Assembly: GCF_018977255.1 (NCBI RefSeq)
Contig: NW_024704743.1
Location: 10,852,001 to 10,916,000 of the forward strand
Reading direction: 5' to 3'
DNA: 64,000 nt
Origin: Callorhinchus milii
Lineage: Eukaryota
In this document: in pieces, positions 24,991 to 39,275 of the stretch
How positions within the stretch are numbered: the first letter of the stretch is position 1
Layout of the letters: each line of letters starts with the position of its first letter
Made by a program: the position numbers and the translations under genes
The notes under the pieces: model-generated
What the model was told of the DNA's origin: nothing
The model's database searches: none
The model's input: the letters and a program-made list of their open reading frames with translations, nothing else

Positions 24991-27589
24991 AGATGAGGAC
25001 AATGATGCGATGATTTCTCTTCATAAGAATAATATAATAATAATCCTTACAATACTGTGCTTCAAATGTAGCTTTTGTAAGCTTCCTTTTAGATAGGTTG
25101 ACTCTTTTTGCTCCAACCACAGCTTCTAGCATTGCTCCACATTGAGCATATCTGAGATTTTATGATGGTGTGAAAGTACAATGCAGTTAATAGGGAATAA
25201 CCTACATATTGTTTTGCACTGCTCTGCTATTGCTATCACATCAGGTCAGGCCCATCTTATTAGTTCATTACTCTGAAGTTAGACTGAGCATTTGTTACCA
25301 CTTTGCCCTACATGATGACAACTGGCATCATTCAACCTATTTGGAATAAGCGGGAGGTAAATGTGGTGTGTGATGTGATAATACACCCATCCCTTCCCCC
25401 TCATGATGTGGCTCAACCAAAGCAGGTAATCATAGAATGACCTGACAGTCACAGAGCCATGATACACATCAACATGTTGAAGCTTTGTTGCCTGGAGGTG
25501 AATAGCAACCTCTGGTGTAAGCCAGGTCCCATGTTTACATTATGGTGACAATGAACTCTAAACTGAATGTGCAAACACCAGTCAATACAAATTGCATTTC
25601 ACTACATCCCACTTAAAACTTCAATGCTTAATTGTATTGCCAGCTTAATTGCAAGAGACCCTACAGAACTAACTTATCTCCCAATATTCCTTGTGTAAAC
25701 CAAAACCTTTAATTTAATATAGTTATTTGTATCAGCATCTTACTTGAAATTTTGCTCTGTTTAAGTAACATGCAACTATTTAAACTCTGAGATCTAATCC
25801 TCCACTGAATTGATTTTTTTTCCCTCTTACAATGCAAGGTCTTTTTGCCTGGCTCAGTTGGTAGCTGAGTCGGAACAACAACAACAACAACAACAAGATT
25901 CCATTTATAAAGCGCCTTTCACGTCAGGAGGACGTCCCAAGTCCTTGGATTCCCAAGGAAGGTTGTGGGTTCAAGCCCCAAGTCTCACACCAAGGCTTTG
26001 AGCTCACAGTCTCAGCTGTTGTGTCAATGCAGTGCTGGGACAGTGCTGCCTTGTCTGAGCTGCTGTCCTTTGGATGAGACATTAAACCAAGGTCCCATCC
26101 GTCTGTTTATGGCACTATATGAAAAGAGAAGGGAGTTTCTCCCAGTGTCCTGGCCAACAATGCCCCAAATAAAATTGAATCCATTGGGATCTTTCCTAAT
26201 TCTTATTGTGGTTGAAGAAGGACACAGCAAAGTGGAAGAAGGATTCATTTATTTTAACGGATGTCACTTAGCAACAGTAATACATATAATTGCGAAATAA
26301 CAGCTGATCTAAAAAATTGTGCAATTAGGAATAAATTCAGATTAAGACACACTGATTCAATTTGGATGCCTCCAATCCACTTGTTCTTTTCAAGAAATGA
26401 CACCACCCAAGCAGGATTAAATATTTGACAATTAAAGATCCTGTGGCATGACTCGAAAAGAGAAGGGAGTTTCTCCCTGTCGCCTGGCCAACAATCCCCC
26501 AAATAAAATTGGTCTTTCACGTCATGACTATTAGTGAGACATTTCACATCAGAAGGACATCACAAAGCATCTCAAAGCATCTCACAGAATAATATTGCAA
26601 AGTGTGACAGTGTACTTTATAGGTAAATACCAATAACGGATTCTAGAAGGTTGAAATCAAATGACTTTCCTCATCCGACCTTCTTGTGAAGCTTCTCAAT
26701 ACTGAAATTTCAAAATGTATTTCTCCTGTTGAAAATATTTCCAACACTTTTCATTTCACCGTCATTTGCAACAACAACAGCAACAAACAGCACCCTTCAC
26801 GTGGGGTAGCATCTGTAGCGCTTATTTGTACATTGACCTGTCCATCAACTGCCCTTGGCAAAGAGCCCACTATTAACAGGCTTTTAAGTTCCACTGGGAA
26901 CATATTTTTAATAAATAAAAAAATAAAGTTGAACCATGCAATCATAAAACTTTTTGTTGCTGGCTGTTTACTAGACAAGAGAGTATTATTTGCACTTACA
27001 ATAAAAATAATAATCCTTGATAATACATTGCCTTTCACATAGGATGGACATCTCCCAATGTGAGGGGCACTATATAAATCCAAGTTGGTGTTGTTATCTC
27101 AAAGCGCTTCACGGGATTCACTGTAATGTGGAATTCACTCTGTAGGCAAAATACATTTACCCTGGAAAGAACAGGAGAGGCTGTCATCAAGTTATGAGAC
27201 ACAAAATGCTCTACCACAGACAAGGATTGAAGCTGAGTCCAGTATCCATAAGTGTATTTAAAAGGGAATTAGACAACAACAACAACAACAACAACAACAG
27301 CTTGCATCTATATAGCGCTCTTTATGTTGGGTAGCACCTTGGAGTGCTTAAAAATGACAAAGCTTGAGGCCAAACCAGGGAGAAGGGATAGGTGACAATA
27401 GGCATGGTTGAAGAGGAAGGTCTTCAAATGCGATCTGAAGACAGATAAGGAGGAGGCGATGTGGAGGAATTGAGGCAGAGAGTTACAGAATCTGGGGGTG
27501 TAGTGACTGAAAAAATGGCCATCATGATAGAGAAGAGGGGCGAGGGATATGCAGAAGGCCAGAGCTACCTGAGCAAAGAGGAAAAACAT

Positions 27590-28172
27590 CTACAACAACA
27601 ACAACAAGATTCCATTTATAAAGCGCCTTTCACGTCAGGAGGACGTCCCAAGGCGCTGCACAGTTCGGTCATGACCCGAGCAGGGGGAAAATGGTCAGGG
27701 TGAGGGAAGGGAAGGAGCGAGGAGGGGGGAAATGGTCAGAGTGAGGGGAGGGAAGGGAGGGAGCGAGGAGGGGGAAGAGAGTCGAGAGGGGAGCTGAAGG
27801 CTCGGTCAAAGAGAAAGGTTTTGAGACCGGGCTTGAAGGAGGAAAGGGAGGAAGCAAGGCGAAGGCACTGGGGGATGGAGTTCCAGAGCCTCGGGGCTGA
27901 GAGGCTGAAGGCCCGACCACCGATGGTAGGGCGGTTGGGGCGGGGGACGTGGAGCAGACCGGAGCCAGAGGAACGGAGGGTACGGACAGGTAGGTAGGGG
28001 GATAGTAGGTTGGAGAGGTAGGAGGGAGCAAGGCCGTGAATGGCCTTGTAGGTGAGGATGAGGATCTTGAAATCGATCCTCTGGGGGATGGGGAGCCAGT
28101 GGAGGCGAGCGAGGGTGGGAGTGATGTGGTCCCGAAGCCTGGTGCGGGACAGTACACAAGCTGCAGAGTTCT
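27590..28172 (-). mobile_element. L2 3' fragment (same young subfamily as 1030-1520)
   Basis: (CAA)n tail and near-identical reverse complement of 1030-1520. Another L2 tail lies at 27273-27585. Confidence 0.9.
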
Positions 28173-28324
28173 AAAAAGGAAAATGTAAAAGAGTGTGGAG
28201 AAACGACAGGGGCGGGAACTAAACAGTCAGCGCCTGGCAGAGTTAACAATAACAAACATAATCCTTGCATTTGATATTGTGCCTTATCGTGTCAATGAGA
28301 CATCTCAAAGCATTTTACAGAATG

Positions 28325-30545
28325 CAGTAGAAGCCCAGTTTGCGGTCACCTCGGGAATCCAGTCACCTCACAATTGCAGGCACATTTTCACAGTCTCTTT
28401 CATGGTCTATATTAAAAGATAAGCTGTCTGCTTCATAGACCGGAGACCTCACTAATCAGGTCATTCATTGCAGTCTGAGCCGATAGAATGTGTGGCCACT
28501 ACAAGCCCCCTCCTTGGCTACAAACACTACTAACCTGTACACAGTGTGTTAGGCCTCAGGCTTCTCATTCTGTTTGCTCGATGCTACTACTGTGGCCAGA
28601 GTGGTCTGGTCACACATGCACAGCGTGGGGAGTGTTGGGATCGCAGAAGTGGTGCGAGCGGAAAATCGACCTTGCTCGGCGCCCGTGGCCTAAGCTGAGC
28701 TCCTGCGGCTAATTCTTGGGAAGTGCAGTAAACATGCCACCACAGAAGGAGTTGTCCTTACATGAGAGAATTGACTTAATCAAAATCAGTGAGGATAAAA
28801 GTCAAAGACTGCGATCTATGGCATTGGCAGAACACAAGTTAGATGCATTCTCAAAAGGAAGGCTGAATACATGACAGCTTTTGAAGAAAATCAAGAGCCT
28901 GATAGAAAATGTGTGTGTTTGAACTCTCAGTATAAGGATATTGATAAACTGACATGGGCCCGTGGTCTCAACATGCCTGTGTCTGGCTCTGTGATACAGA
29001 AGAAAGCAGCTTCAAGGCATCAAATGCTGGCTTGGCCGTTTCAAGTCTAGACACAGCATTGGGTCTGCAATGCTGTCTGGTGAAAAGGGTGACATTGAGC
29101 TTGCTATTGTTGACAACTGGAAGAAGAAACTTTCTGAGATTACAGCTGGCTGTGCACCCAAGGACATCTTTAGCCTGGATGAATCTGGTTGTTTTCAGGG
29201 CTATCCCTGACAGGAGCTTTTCAGTTCATGGTGATGGCTGCCCTGGTGGGAAGAAATGCAAACACCTCATCACCAGGTCTTTGACAGTCAACATGGAGGG
29301 AGATTTTGAACAGACAGCTGTGATAGGGAAGGCTGTTAAGCCCCATGCCTTTAGGAATTTGAACATAAAAACTCAGCTTCCCGTCATTTCTCAGCAACAA
29401 AAAGGCATGGATGACCAGTGCTATTTTTACAGAATGGCTTCAGACCTTCAATAGAAAGATGCGAGCACAAGAGCAGGCATGTGTTGTTGTTTCTTGACAA
29501 TGCCCAGCTCACCTCACAGCATTTCTACTCTAACCAATATCAAGTTAGTGTTTTTCACAGTTAACACCACATCCATTCTCCAGCCTCTTCCCCAGGGCAT
29601 CAGCAAGAATGTCAAGATACACTACAGAAGGAGTTTTCTACACATGGTTCTTGGAGAGATGGTCAAAAGTGTGCAGGCTTCACAAGTCGCCAAATCCTTC
29701 AATGTTATTCATGCAGTCATCTGGATTCATTCAACAGTCAACATAGTACGTAGATCAACAGTGCAGAAGTGCATGGACAAGGCTGGCTTTAGTGTGGATG
29801 AGCCTGTGGTGGAGAACCCTGATGATGATGTGCCACTTTCCCAATTGTTGTCTCAGACCAGTCAATGCCAGTTACTGGACAACCCTATTCTCAGTGCCGA
29901 GGAGTATGCAGCCGCCGACAGTGATGTGCCCTCCACTGAGGTCTTGAATCAGGGACAGGAGGAGCGTCTAGTGGAGGAGTTTCTTCCAGGGACCAGGAAC
30001 ACTGAGGAACAAGACACACATGAGAAGGAACAGGAAGAGCAACCTACAACATCAAAGGTCCCTCTCACTTATGCTGATGCACTGTGTTTGTTGGGACAAG
30101 TGAAGGACTTTTGTCTTAATCATGGACTCGATGTGTGGCATACTTTGGCTGATCTGTAGGCCAAGATAGTGCAGGTTAAGTCAGCAGCCAGGCAAACAAC
30201 GCTGGACTCTTTCTTCAAGAAATGAACATTTTCATTTGATTTTAATTTCTCATGTGAACTTTAAATAATGAAACCTAAGATCTGTTTTAAATGATGATAA
30301 TGCCTTTATTTTAATTGAGATTGCACAGTACGGTTCATCACCCTTACCCATTACTAATGCTGTAAACTTTACATCAATGAATGAATCACCCAATCTGTTT
30401 CAGTTATCAGGTCAACAACAACAGCAACTTGTACTTATATAGCACCCTCCACGCAGGATAGCGTTTCAGAGCGCTTAAAGGTGACCTCACTAGGTAGTCA
30501 CTTTTGCTCAGTCACTTGAGTAGCCGGATTAGTGAGGTTCTACTG
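28325..30545 (+). mobile_element. Full-length Tigger/pogo (TIGD4/6-like) DNA transposon, decayed
   Basis: TIRs CAGTAGAA... / ...TTCTACTG with TA on the right and TG on the left. Flanks rejoin into one SINE. Confidence 0.85.
28734..30225 (+). pseudogene. Tigger transposase pseudogene (HTH psq, CENP-B HTH, DDE_1)
   Basis: Frameshifted pieces MPPQKELSLHERIDLIK, FKASN, RFKSRH, DIFSLDESG, VIGKAVKPHAFRN, KKAWMTSAIFTEWL, LLFLDNA, NTTSILQPLPQGI, QTTLDSFFKK*. Confidence 0.9.
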
Positions 30546-30785
30546 TACACTGTAAAGTGGATTGACTGTATATTTTGTGGGAGAAATGCGGCAGCCATTT
30601 GGCACAGCAGTGTTCCACAAATAGTAGTTTCCCAGAGGATCAGCTGGAAACACATCCAGGAGTACCTTTGAGACGTCTCTAAGACGTGATAAGGCACTAT
30701 ATCGAATGCAAGGATTATTATTATGTTATTATTATATTACCTTCCTAGGGATCCTTTTTGGAGCTCCTGGAATTTAGATACCAAA

Positions 30786-30975
30786 GGGCTCCAAAATGCA
30801 GATTGGGCTAATAATTGGCTCATGTGCTAACCATGTGAAATTACATGCAGGTTTCCTTAATTATCTAATTAACCAATGAGAAAGATCTCAAGAATCATAT
30901 GAAATCATTACACTCTAAAATAATTGAAAATTAAGGGCAACATGGGTTATCAGCCCAACCTGCATTTTAGATTCC
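30786..30975. mobile_element. MITE-like element with 22-29 bp terminal inverted repeats
   Basis: AAAATGCAGATTGGGCTAATAA versus TTATCAGCCCAACCTGCATTTT (20 of 22 complementary) around an AT-rich interior. No clear TSD. Confidence 0.55.
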
Positions 30976-33654
30976 ATTCAGTCATTTATCTATTTTGCTG
31001 TTGAAAACATGCTAATCCAATTAGAAGGCTGTTCTGTGTACCGTTTGTATGAATGGGAAACCCTGCTGGTTTTTGTTATATTCCTGGATTATCACCAGTT
31101 GTTTATGTAAATTTAGGAGGTAAAACAGAGACACAGTGTTATTACTGGCTAGGAACTATCATATTTAAAGATTAAGAGCCACCATATTCATCTGGTAAAA
31201 CTTTCAATGTTGGTGGTACATAATCCTTTATTTACATTATTTTCTGCTCATATGCGTGCAAACAAGGTCTCAATATAAGAATATTATCATTTGATACAGC
31301 GCCTTTCACAACAGGAGGGCATCTCAATGTGCTTCACAGGATTTACTGTAAAGGGTAGTAATTTAAATTTCAGCTACTGTTTTTATTCCTTGCCAGGTTT
31401 TTTTCTCTCTTTACAATTGCTCTCCTCTTGCTGAAGATGTTTGATTTCTTTTCCCTTTCCACTGGAGTACAGGGCAAGTCACCAGTTACAATCTTAAACA
31501 TGACCTAATTATTCCTGTAATAGCTGTCAGTGGGAGTGAGTGTGGCAGGCTGGGGAATGGAGGAGAGAGGGAAGAGAATTGCTGCGAACTTAATCCTGAC
31601 CTCATGCAACATCTCACTAGCATGCATCGCCCGCTGGGAATGCCAAATAATGATCTGAGGCCCCAAATTCCACTAGTTTTCACCAGTTTTAGCCTGTAAG
31701 ACAGTTTTGCTTTAAATTTCAGATTGAGTACGAATTGTGGAATATTCCTCAAATCACTCTTGATTTGGAGTCCTGTAGCTTAGTGGTCAAAGAACTCACA
31801 TACCTGGGTTCAATTCCTGGGCAGGACGAAACATTAGGCAAGTTTCCCTACTCCACACACTTCTGTTTACCTAGCAGTAATTAGGAACCCGGTTGTTAGT
31901 CGATTGATGAATTGTTCTCCAGGGTAATAATACCTCCCTGCGCTTTCAGATGTCACAACGATGTGATAAGGTGCTATATCAGATCCAAGAATTATTACTA
32001 TTATTTGGAAGCCAGTTCTATTTTTGAGAAAACTGCAAATAAAGGGCTTACAGTTTTAGTCTGGATATAACAATTTTTCACACTTATGCGCAATCTTAGG
32101 TTTGAAGACAAAATCAGTCTTGCAGGTTAAGACTAGGTGGAATGTCAGGCTTCAGGAAGCAGAAACCTTGGTTAATTTTGTTGCATCCCAACTGGTTCTA
32201 CTGCTGGGATCAGCTAAATCAACACAGGCTCAAGATTGACCACTGATGTTTTGCACACACTCAACAATAGAAATGATGTGCCATTACTTAATACATATTT
32301 TAATGCACATGTTAAAAGCAACTGCCTCATCACTGAATTCTGACAGCAAAACTTTCTTCTATGAAACTACAATTGCTTAATAATAATAATCCTTAATAAT
32401 AATTGAAAATGACCTATTTATTATCGTTTTTTTGGAGGGATTATTATTATTATTACAATTATTATTATTACAATCCACATGTTTCACATCTACACTAAAT
32501 TAAACTGCTGTTAATTGCTTTATTTAATATGATTTTTGAATTTTGTGTATATTTTGAATGTGCTTAGAACTGTGATTTAAAAATAAAACATGCCTGGTTG
32601 GATACTGTATTTATAATAATAAAAAAACTTGCTTTTATATAGCATGCTTCACATAAAATAACATTTCAGAACTCTGATAAAAATCCTTACATTTGATATG
32701 CTAGGTAAACAGAGGTGTGTGGAGTAGGGAAACTTGCCCAATGTTTTGCCTTTCACAAAATTGCAATGTCTCAAAACACTTCACAGGATGCACTGTAAAG
32801 TGTAGTGACTGTATTTGTAGGCCAAACCAGCCACCTACTTACACACAGCAATGGAATAAATGACCCAGATTTACTTGGGTGATTGTTAGCCAGGATATTT
32901 ATTCAATGGTTGACCCATCATGTATCTGACATTTATGTGAGTTGTGTGCAAACTGGGTCAAACGCTCGTAAATGCAATTGTTTCAAGCCGTGTTGAAATA
33001 AATCATGAGGGAAGGAGGTTCTAAGATGGAGTATTGTCCTGAAATAACCAACTGTTGCAACTACACCACAGCAACATCACTCATAGCACAATGAGTGCTG
33101 ACAGTACAACTTTTCATGCATTGCTTTTGTAAGTTTATTATTAAATACCTAAATACCTCAAATATTTACTATGAAGAGCATGACTCTGATCTCTGGTCTG
33201 AAACATAGCATACTTTGCAGTATATCATTTATTATAACAATAAATAATACATATTTACATTTGTTATAGTACTTGTGAAGAAGGCAAGTGCTCTTACCAC
33301 CAAGCTACAGGACTCCGCACTAAGCTACAGAACATTTACATCTTACAAGAGCAATGTAGGAAAAGTTGACCTGCCAGAGGTTTATGCTATGACTGATGTT
33401 CCCTGAATGTTGTTGCAACAAGACGGTGATGTCATTTCATTACTCCACCTTGTAACCTTTCAGCCCTTCTGGGCTGTGCCATGTGCATACATGTCCCTGC
33501 ACATTCCCCTCAGTGTGTTGCAATCAAAGATAAAACCCAAGATTCCATCTAGTCTTAGCCTATGAGACCATTTAGTCCTTTCAAACTTTTAGATTGCACA
33601 CAATTGTATAAAATACTCTGATTCTCCCCATGATGACTTTCACTGGTGGGCTAA

Positions 33655-36600
33655 ACATCCCTCGCTGACACGCCACCCCCGCCGCTTGCTTTTAGTCTCG
33701 GCGTGCACGTTATGGCTGCCGCCACCGATCCAAGCTGCTTCCCCACAATGCCCCCATCCCTGTCTTCTACCTTCACTTACTCCCACTCGGTCCTCCTCTC
33801 CCACCGCCCTCCCCGACTCCTATCCCTGCTTGACCATCCCACAGCCTCCCTCTGCTCCAGCCTGCGAATCCTCTGTGGGAGTTGCTGCTGGCTGTCTAAC
33901 AGCAACCACTCTGACTGCCCTATCTCCTACTCCTGCTGCAAGGCTCACCAGTCCCCGACCAGAAGGGCCAACCTCTCCTCCCTGATCCACATCCCGACCC
34001 TCCCTATTAGTCACCCCCTCCCCTGCCTCGCCCCCCACTTTCCTCCACCAACTGTCCCCTCTGCATTGGTCTACAAAACGTCCATTTCCTCACCAACAAA
34101 ACACATACCATCCAAGACCACATTGTCGATGAACACACTGAAACCTGGATCACTCCAGGCGACACCTTCTCCCTGACTGAGGCCACACCACCCTACTACA
34201 CCTTCCATCACACTCCTCAACCTAACCGCCATGGTGGTGGGGTGGCTCTCATCTCCCGGTCCCCGCTCGGCCTATCCCCTTACTCCTCTAGAACTTTCCC
34301 CTCCTTTGAGAACCTTACCCTCTATCACCCCTCCACCCTTTCCCTCAAAATTTTCCTTATCTACCGCCCCGCCCAAGCCCTCCCTCACCTTCATCCCTGA
34401 CATCTCCACCCTCCTATCTTCCCTCTCTCTTTGCTCTGAATGCCTCCTCATCCTTGGCGATTTCAACCTTCACTTCACCCCCTCCTGCCCTACCTCTCCT
34501 GAATTTTCCTCCCTTATCTGCTCCCTCAATCTCTCCCTCCACATCCACTCCACCACCCACATCCGCAGTCACCCCCTTGACCTGGTGATCACTCGGGGCC
34601 TCACCATCTCAGACCTCACCATCATCGACAAAGCAATCTCGGGTCATCATTTCTTCTCCCTTAACTCCTCAATCCCTCTCCCCACTGCCACCCAACCCAC
34701 CAACATCTCTTACCCCCCCCCCCGGGAAAAAATCTTCCCCCCTCCCTCTCAGCTGCCACAAGCCACCTCCACTCCCTTAAAGCCCAGGCGCATTCCACTG
34801 AGCTCACCTGGCTTAAATCAAACCTAACTGTCCATCGACAGATTTGGCTGGACCATGTTAAATCCTACCGCTCTGCCCTCGCCTCCGCTAAATCGTCGTT
34901 CTACTCCAAGACAATCCTGGAGGCTAAGGACAATCTTAGGCTCCTCTTCTCCATCACGAACCATCTCCTCCACCCGCCTCAACCATCCTCACCTCAAATT
35001 CCAACTGCGAGATGATGCTGGATTTCCTTGAACCCAAAGTCAAGGGAATCCACTCAGCTACATCTGCCACTGCAACTGCTATCCCCTCCCAATCTCCTCA
35101 TCCCACCACAGCCCCTACCCATCCCTCCCTCCATACTTTTGAACCTGTCTCCCCCTCCTCTCTCATCACCACCATAAACCTGCTCCCTCGACACCATCTC
35201 TACCCCCCTCCTTACCTCCCACCTCCACCTCCTTGCCCCACTACTCACTGACATCATTAACCTCTCCCTGTCCTCTGGTACTGTTCCCACCCCTTTAAAA
35301 ACCGCTGTCATCACTCTCCTTAAAGAACCCTCCCTGGACCCTTCTCTATGTCCTAACTACCATCCCCTCTCCAACTTCCCCTTCCTCTCCAAGGTCCTGG
35401 AATGAGTTGTTGCTTCTCAGCTTCGCTCCTTCGTCTCCTGCCACTCCCTTCTTGAATCCCTTCAATCGAGCTTCCGTGCCGTCCACAGCACAGAAACCAC
35501 CCTGGTCAAAGTGACAAATGACATTCTGTCCATCTGGGACAGCTCTGCCTCCTCATCCTCCATGATCTCTCTGCTGCTTTCGACACCATCAACCACTCTA
35601 TCTTCATCCATCTACTCTCACCTCAACCTCTACAGTACTGTCCTTGATTGGTTCAGATCATACCTCTCACACCGCCTGCACTTCATCTCCTCAAAAGGCT
35701 TCTTCTCTAGCCCCCAAACCATCTCGTGCGGTATTCCTCAGGGCTCTGTCCTTGGACCCCTCCTCTTCAACATCTATATGCTCCCTCTTGCTGATATCAT
35801 CCACAGACATGGGGTCAATTTCCACATGTATGCAGATGACACCTAACTCTCTGCCTCCACCCTTAACTCCAGGATCACTGCTGTCCTGACAATGTCTGTC
35901 GGACATCAAGTCATGGATGAGAGCTAATTTTCCTCAGTTGAACATCAACAAAACTGAGGCTCTCCTGATTGGCTCCCGTCAGTGCCTCCTCACCTCAGGC
36001 GCTGACAGTATCACCATCCATGGTTGCAAACTCCACCTTACTAAGCCAGTCCAGAACATTGGAGTCTTGTTTTATCCTCAACTATCCTTTCAACCCCACA
36101 TCTGTGCCACGACCCGCTCTGCCTTCCCCTAGCTCCGCAAAGTAGCCCGGCTCCGACACTATCTCACACCACAGGCCGCCGAAACTCTCATACACGCCTT
36201 CATTACATCGAGGCTCCCCTATGCAAACTCACTGCTTGTCGGCCTCTCCAGCTCCTCCCTCCACAGGCTGCAGATCATCCAGAACTCTACAGCCCATGTC
36301 CTCTCTCACACTAGGCTCCGTGAAAAACATCACTTTCATCCTTGCCCAACTTCACTGGCTTCCCATCACACAGATGACACCATTCAAGATCCTGGTCATC
36401 ACCCTCGAAGCTCTCCACGGTCTTGCTCCCCCCCACCTCTCTGACCTCCTAACCCCCTACCACCTTGTTCGCTCCCTCCGCTCAGCGGGCTCTGGCCTAC
36501 TTCACATTCCCCGCCTTGCTCGCTCCACTATTGGCGGGCAGGCGGACCTTTCGCCACTCTGCACTCACCCTCTGGAACTCTATCACGCAGTCCCTCCATC

Positions 36601-36780
36601 TTGCTCCCTCCCTTGCCACCTTCAAAACCCACCTCCTCGACCATGCTTTCGATTTCGCTGCATCCCCCCCACCCCCCATCCTGACCTTCAGCTTGGGTCC
36701 GTAACTCTTTCTGTCCAGCACCTTGGGCCGTCCTCCCAATGTGAAAGGTGCTATACTAATGTAATTTTGTTGTTGTTTTG
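33655..36780 (+). mobile_element. Near full-length L2 LINE (APE and RT), decayed
   Basis: APE motifs GGGVAL, LILGDFNLH, HPLDLVIT, ISGHH. RT motifs [18 protein letters not shown] and HMYADDT. 3' stem-loop and (TTG)n. Many frameshifts. Confidence 0.95.
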
Positions 36781-37010
36781 TTAATTTGATTGTAATTCTT
36801 TTCCACAAGAACCTAGTAGAAATTAAATCCAAACTCACAAATTTTCCATAATTCTGCACAATCTCAGATTTCAAGATAAAATGCTCCTACAAGCTGATAC
36901 CAGGTGGAATTTTGTCCTCTTTGACTGTATTTTTCGTCATCTCCACCCACTCGTTCCCTGGCTCCCCATCATGCACAGTCACCTGTCTCCAGCTTGGGTG
37001 CAAACCCTCA

Positions 37011-37351
37011 TAGGATTGCCAACCCTCCAGGAATTCTAGATCTCTGAGCTGCAAACCGGGAGAAAATCAAAATGGATGATTTTGGCAATGTCCCACAAGA
37101 TGGAGACTCTTCAAAACATAGTAGCTTCGGATGTGTGTATACTACGTTCACCTCCTGCTATGCCTATCTTTATGTTGCTCTCCACGGTACCTCGTACAAC
37201 CTCATGAAAGGCAGTGAGGAGAGCAATGAGAGTTTCAGAAGCTCAGTCCTAAGGCCATTACATTATGTCATGTAATCCATTACATCATGTCATATAATCC
37301 ATTACATCATGTCATGTGATGAAATCTCCCAGAATAGAGTTAGCAATCCTT
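37011..37351. mobile_element. Putative non-autonomous hAT (Blackjack-like) element with an internal 3 x 22-bp repeat
   Basis: TAGGATTGCCAACCCT ... AGAGTTAGCAATCCTT inverted termini. CCATTACATCATGTCATRTAAT repeated 3 times at 37255-37320. TSD not convincing. Confidence 0.55.
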
Positions 37352-37979
37352 TGTCCATCACCTTGAGGGGTCCTCCCAACATGAATGGCAATATATAAAT
37401 GTAAATTTGTATTGTACCATTTAAAGCTTCAATTTGTCTCAGGCAACAGGGTCTGCAGTTTGAAGAGTTTTTCTTTAGCTGATACAGTCAAGAGCAGAAC
37501 TTTCAGGTGAAAAATGTAATGTGTAATTGTCACCAGTGACATTATCACATTGCCAAAACGTGCAGTTGAAACTTGTCATTCTGTATTGTATGGTTTGGGA
37601 TATTTACACCAACCCCATCAGCACAATGCTATAAGAAACCATACACCACTATTGCTGTTTCCTCCCGGGGAATACAGTGAATATCACTTCACAGGATACC
37701 AATTTAACCTAACAAAATGAGGTACTTATTTCAAAGAGCCAAAAAGTATAGCAAACGTGAACAATGAAAACGACTCCTTGGCACAGTAGATGGTGCTCTT
37801 CTGAGATTTAGGTTAAGGTATAATGGGGATGAAAATGCTGCATTCACAAAAAATTAAACTTCTGTTTTTACTGACCACCTTTCAGCCCAATCTTGGGATG
37901 AGATGTTAAACTGTGTTCCTGTCTGCCTGTTCAAGTGGACATTAAAGATACTATGGTATTAATTGAAAAGAGGAAATTG

Positions 37980-38960
37980 AGGACAACGATCTTGAATTTG
38001 ATCCTCTCAGAGATGGGGAGCCAGTGGAGTCGAGCGAGGGTAGGGTCATGGAGCCTGGTGCACGAGAGTACATGAGCTGCAGAGTTTGGGATGATCTGCA
38101 GATTGTGAAGGGAAGAGATGGGAAGGCCGATGAGGAGGAAATTTTTGTAATTGAGCCTTGATTTGACGAATGCATGGGTGAGGGTTTCGGCAGCCTGAGG
38201 GGTGAGGCAGTGGCAGAGTCTGGCAATGTTGCGTAGGCAGTCCCGGTCATGGTGCAGATGTGGAGGAGAAAGAACAGTTCAGGGTCAAACAAGACACCCA
38301 GGTTCCTGACTGGCTTAGTGAGATTGATTGTGCAGCTGTGGAGGTTGATGCCCAAGGTGAGGAGGCGCTGGCTCGAACCAATTAGGAGGGCCTCGGTCTT
38401 GCTGATGTTCATCGGGAGAAAGTTGTCCTTCGTCCAGGACTTGATGTCGGACAGGCAGTCAGGTAGGACGCCAGTAGTCCTGGAGTTGAGGGTGGAGGTA
38501 GAAATGTACCCCATGTCTGCAGATGATGGCACCAAAGGGGAGCATGTAGAGGGTGAAGAGGATGGGATCGACAGAGTTCTGAGGAACGCTGCACGAGACG
38601 GTGTGGGGGCTGGAGGAAAAGCCATTTGCTGTGATGAAGTGGAGGCAGTGTGAAAGGTAGGACCTGAACCAGTCAAAGACAGAACCTTGAAGGTTGACGT
38701 GGGAGGAGAGGCGGTGGAGGAGGATTGAGTGGTCCACGGTGTCAAAAGCGGCAGAGAGGTTGAGGAGAACACGGAGCCAGAGGGAGCCCTGGTCACACAT
38801 GGTCAGGATGTTATTTGTGCCCTTTACCAGAGCAGTTTCTGTGCTGTGGGCAGCACGGAAACCCGATTGGAGGAGTTCACGGAGGGTGTGGGAGGAGAGG
38901 AAAGAGCGAAGCTGGGAGGCGACGGTTCTCAATGACCTTGGATAAGAAGGGAGATTTGAG
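37980..38960 (-). mobile_element. Internal L2 RT fragment
   Basis: [40 protein letters not shown]. Confidence 0.92.
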
Positions 38961-39275
38961 ACGGACTTTCACTTTCACCTTTCACTTTCAAGCATCTGCA
39001 AGAAGGGCCATAAATTCCACGGTGTATATCTTTTCAAGTAGAATGTGGGAAATGGACAAAATCCAAAACATTTCTTAATTCTTGGAATAGGCTGAATTTG
39101 TAATTGTGCTTCATTTTTGTGTTAAGTTATCATTAGTCTTACAAGGAAAGCTACAGTTCATCCTCAATACCATTTACAGTAATAGACTAATAATTAATAA
39201 AATGTTGTATGCGTGACAATGTATCAGGGCTGTGTGCTTGATTACATTAATAAAGAGTACAATAAAGAGGATAAA

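Noticed and set aside
26686..27083. Overlapping 110-118 aa ORFs on both strands
   Set aside because: They span L2/SINE tail fragments, with no recognisable domain or splice signals.
28734..30225. Functional domesticated TIGD gene
   Set aside because: Multiple frameshifts, TIRs present, and inserted inside a SINE.
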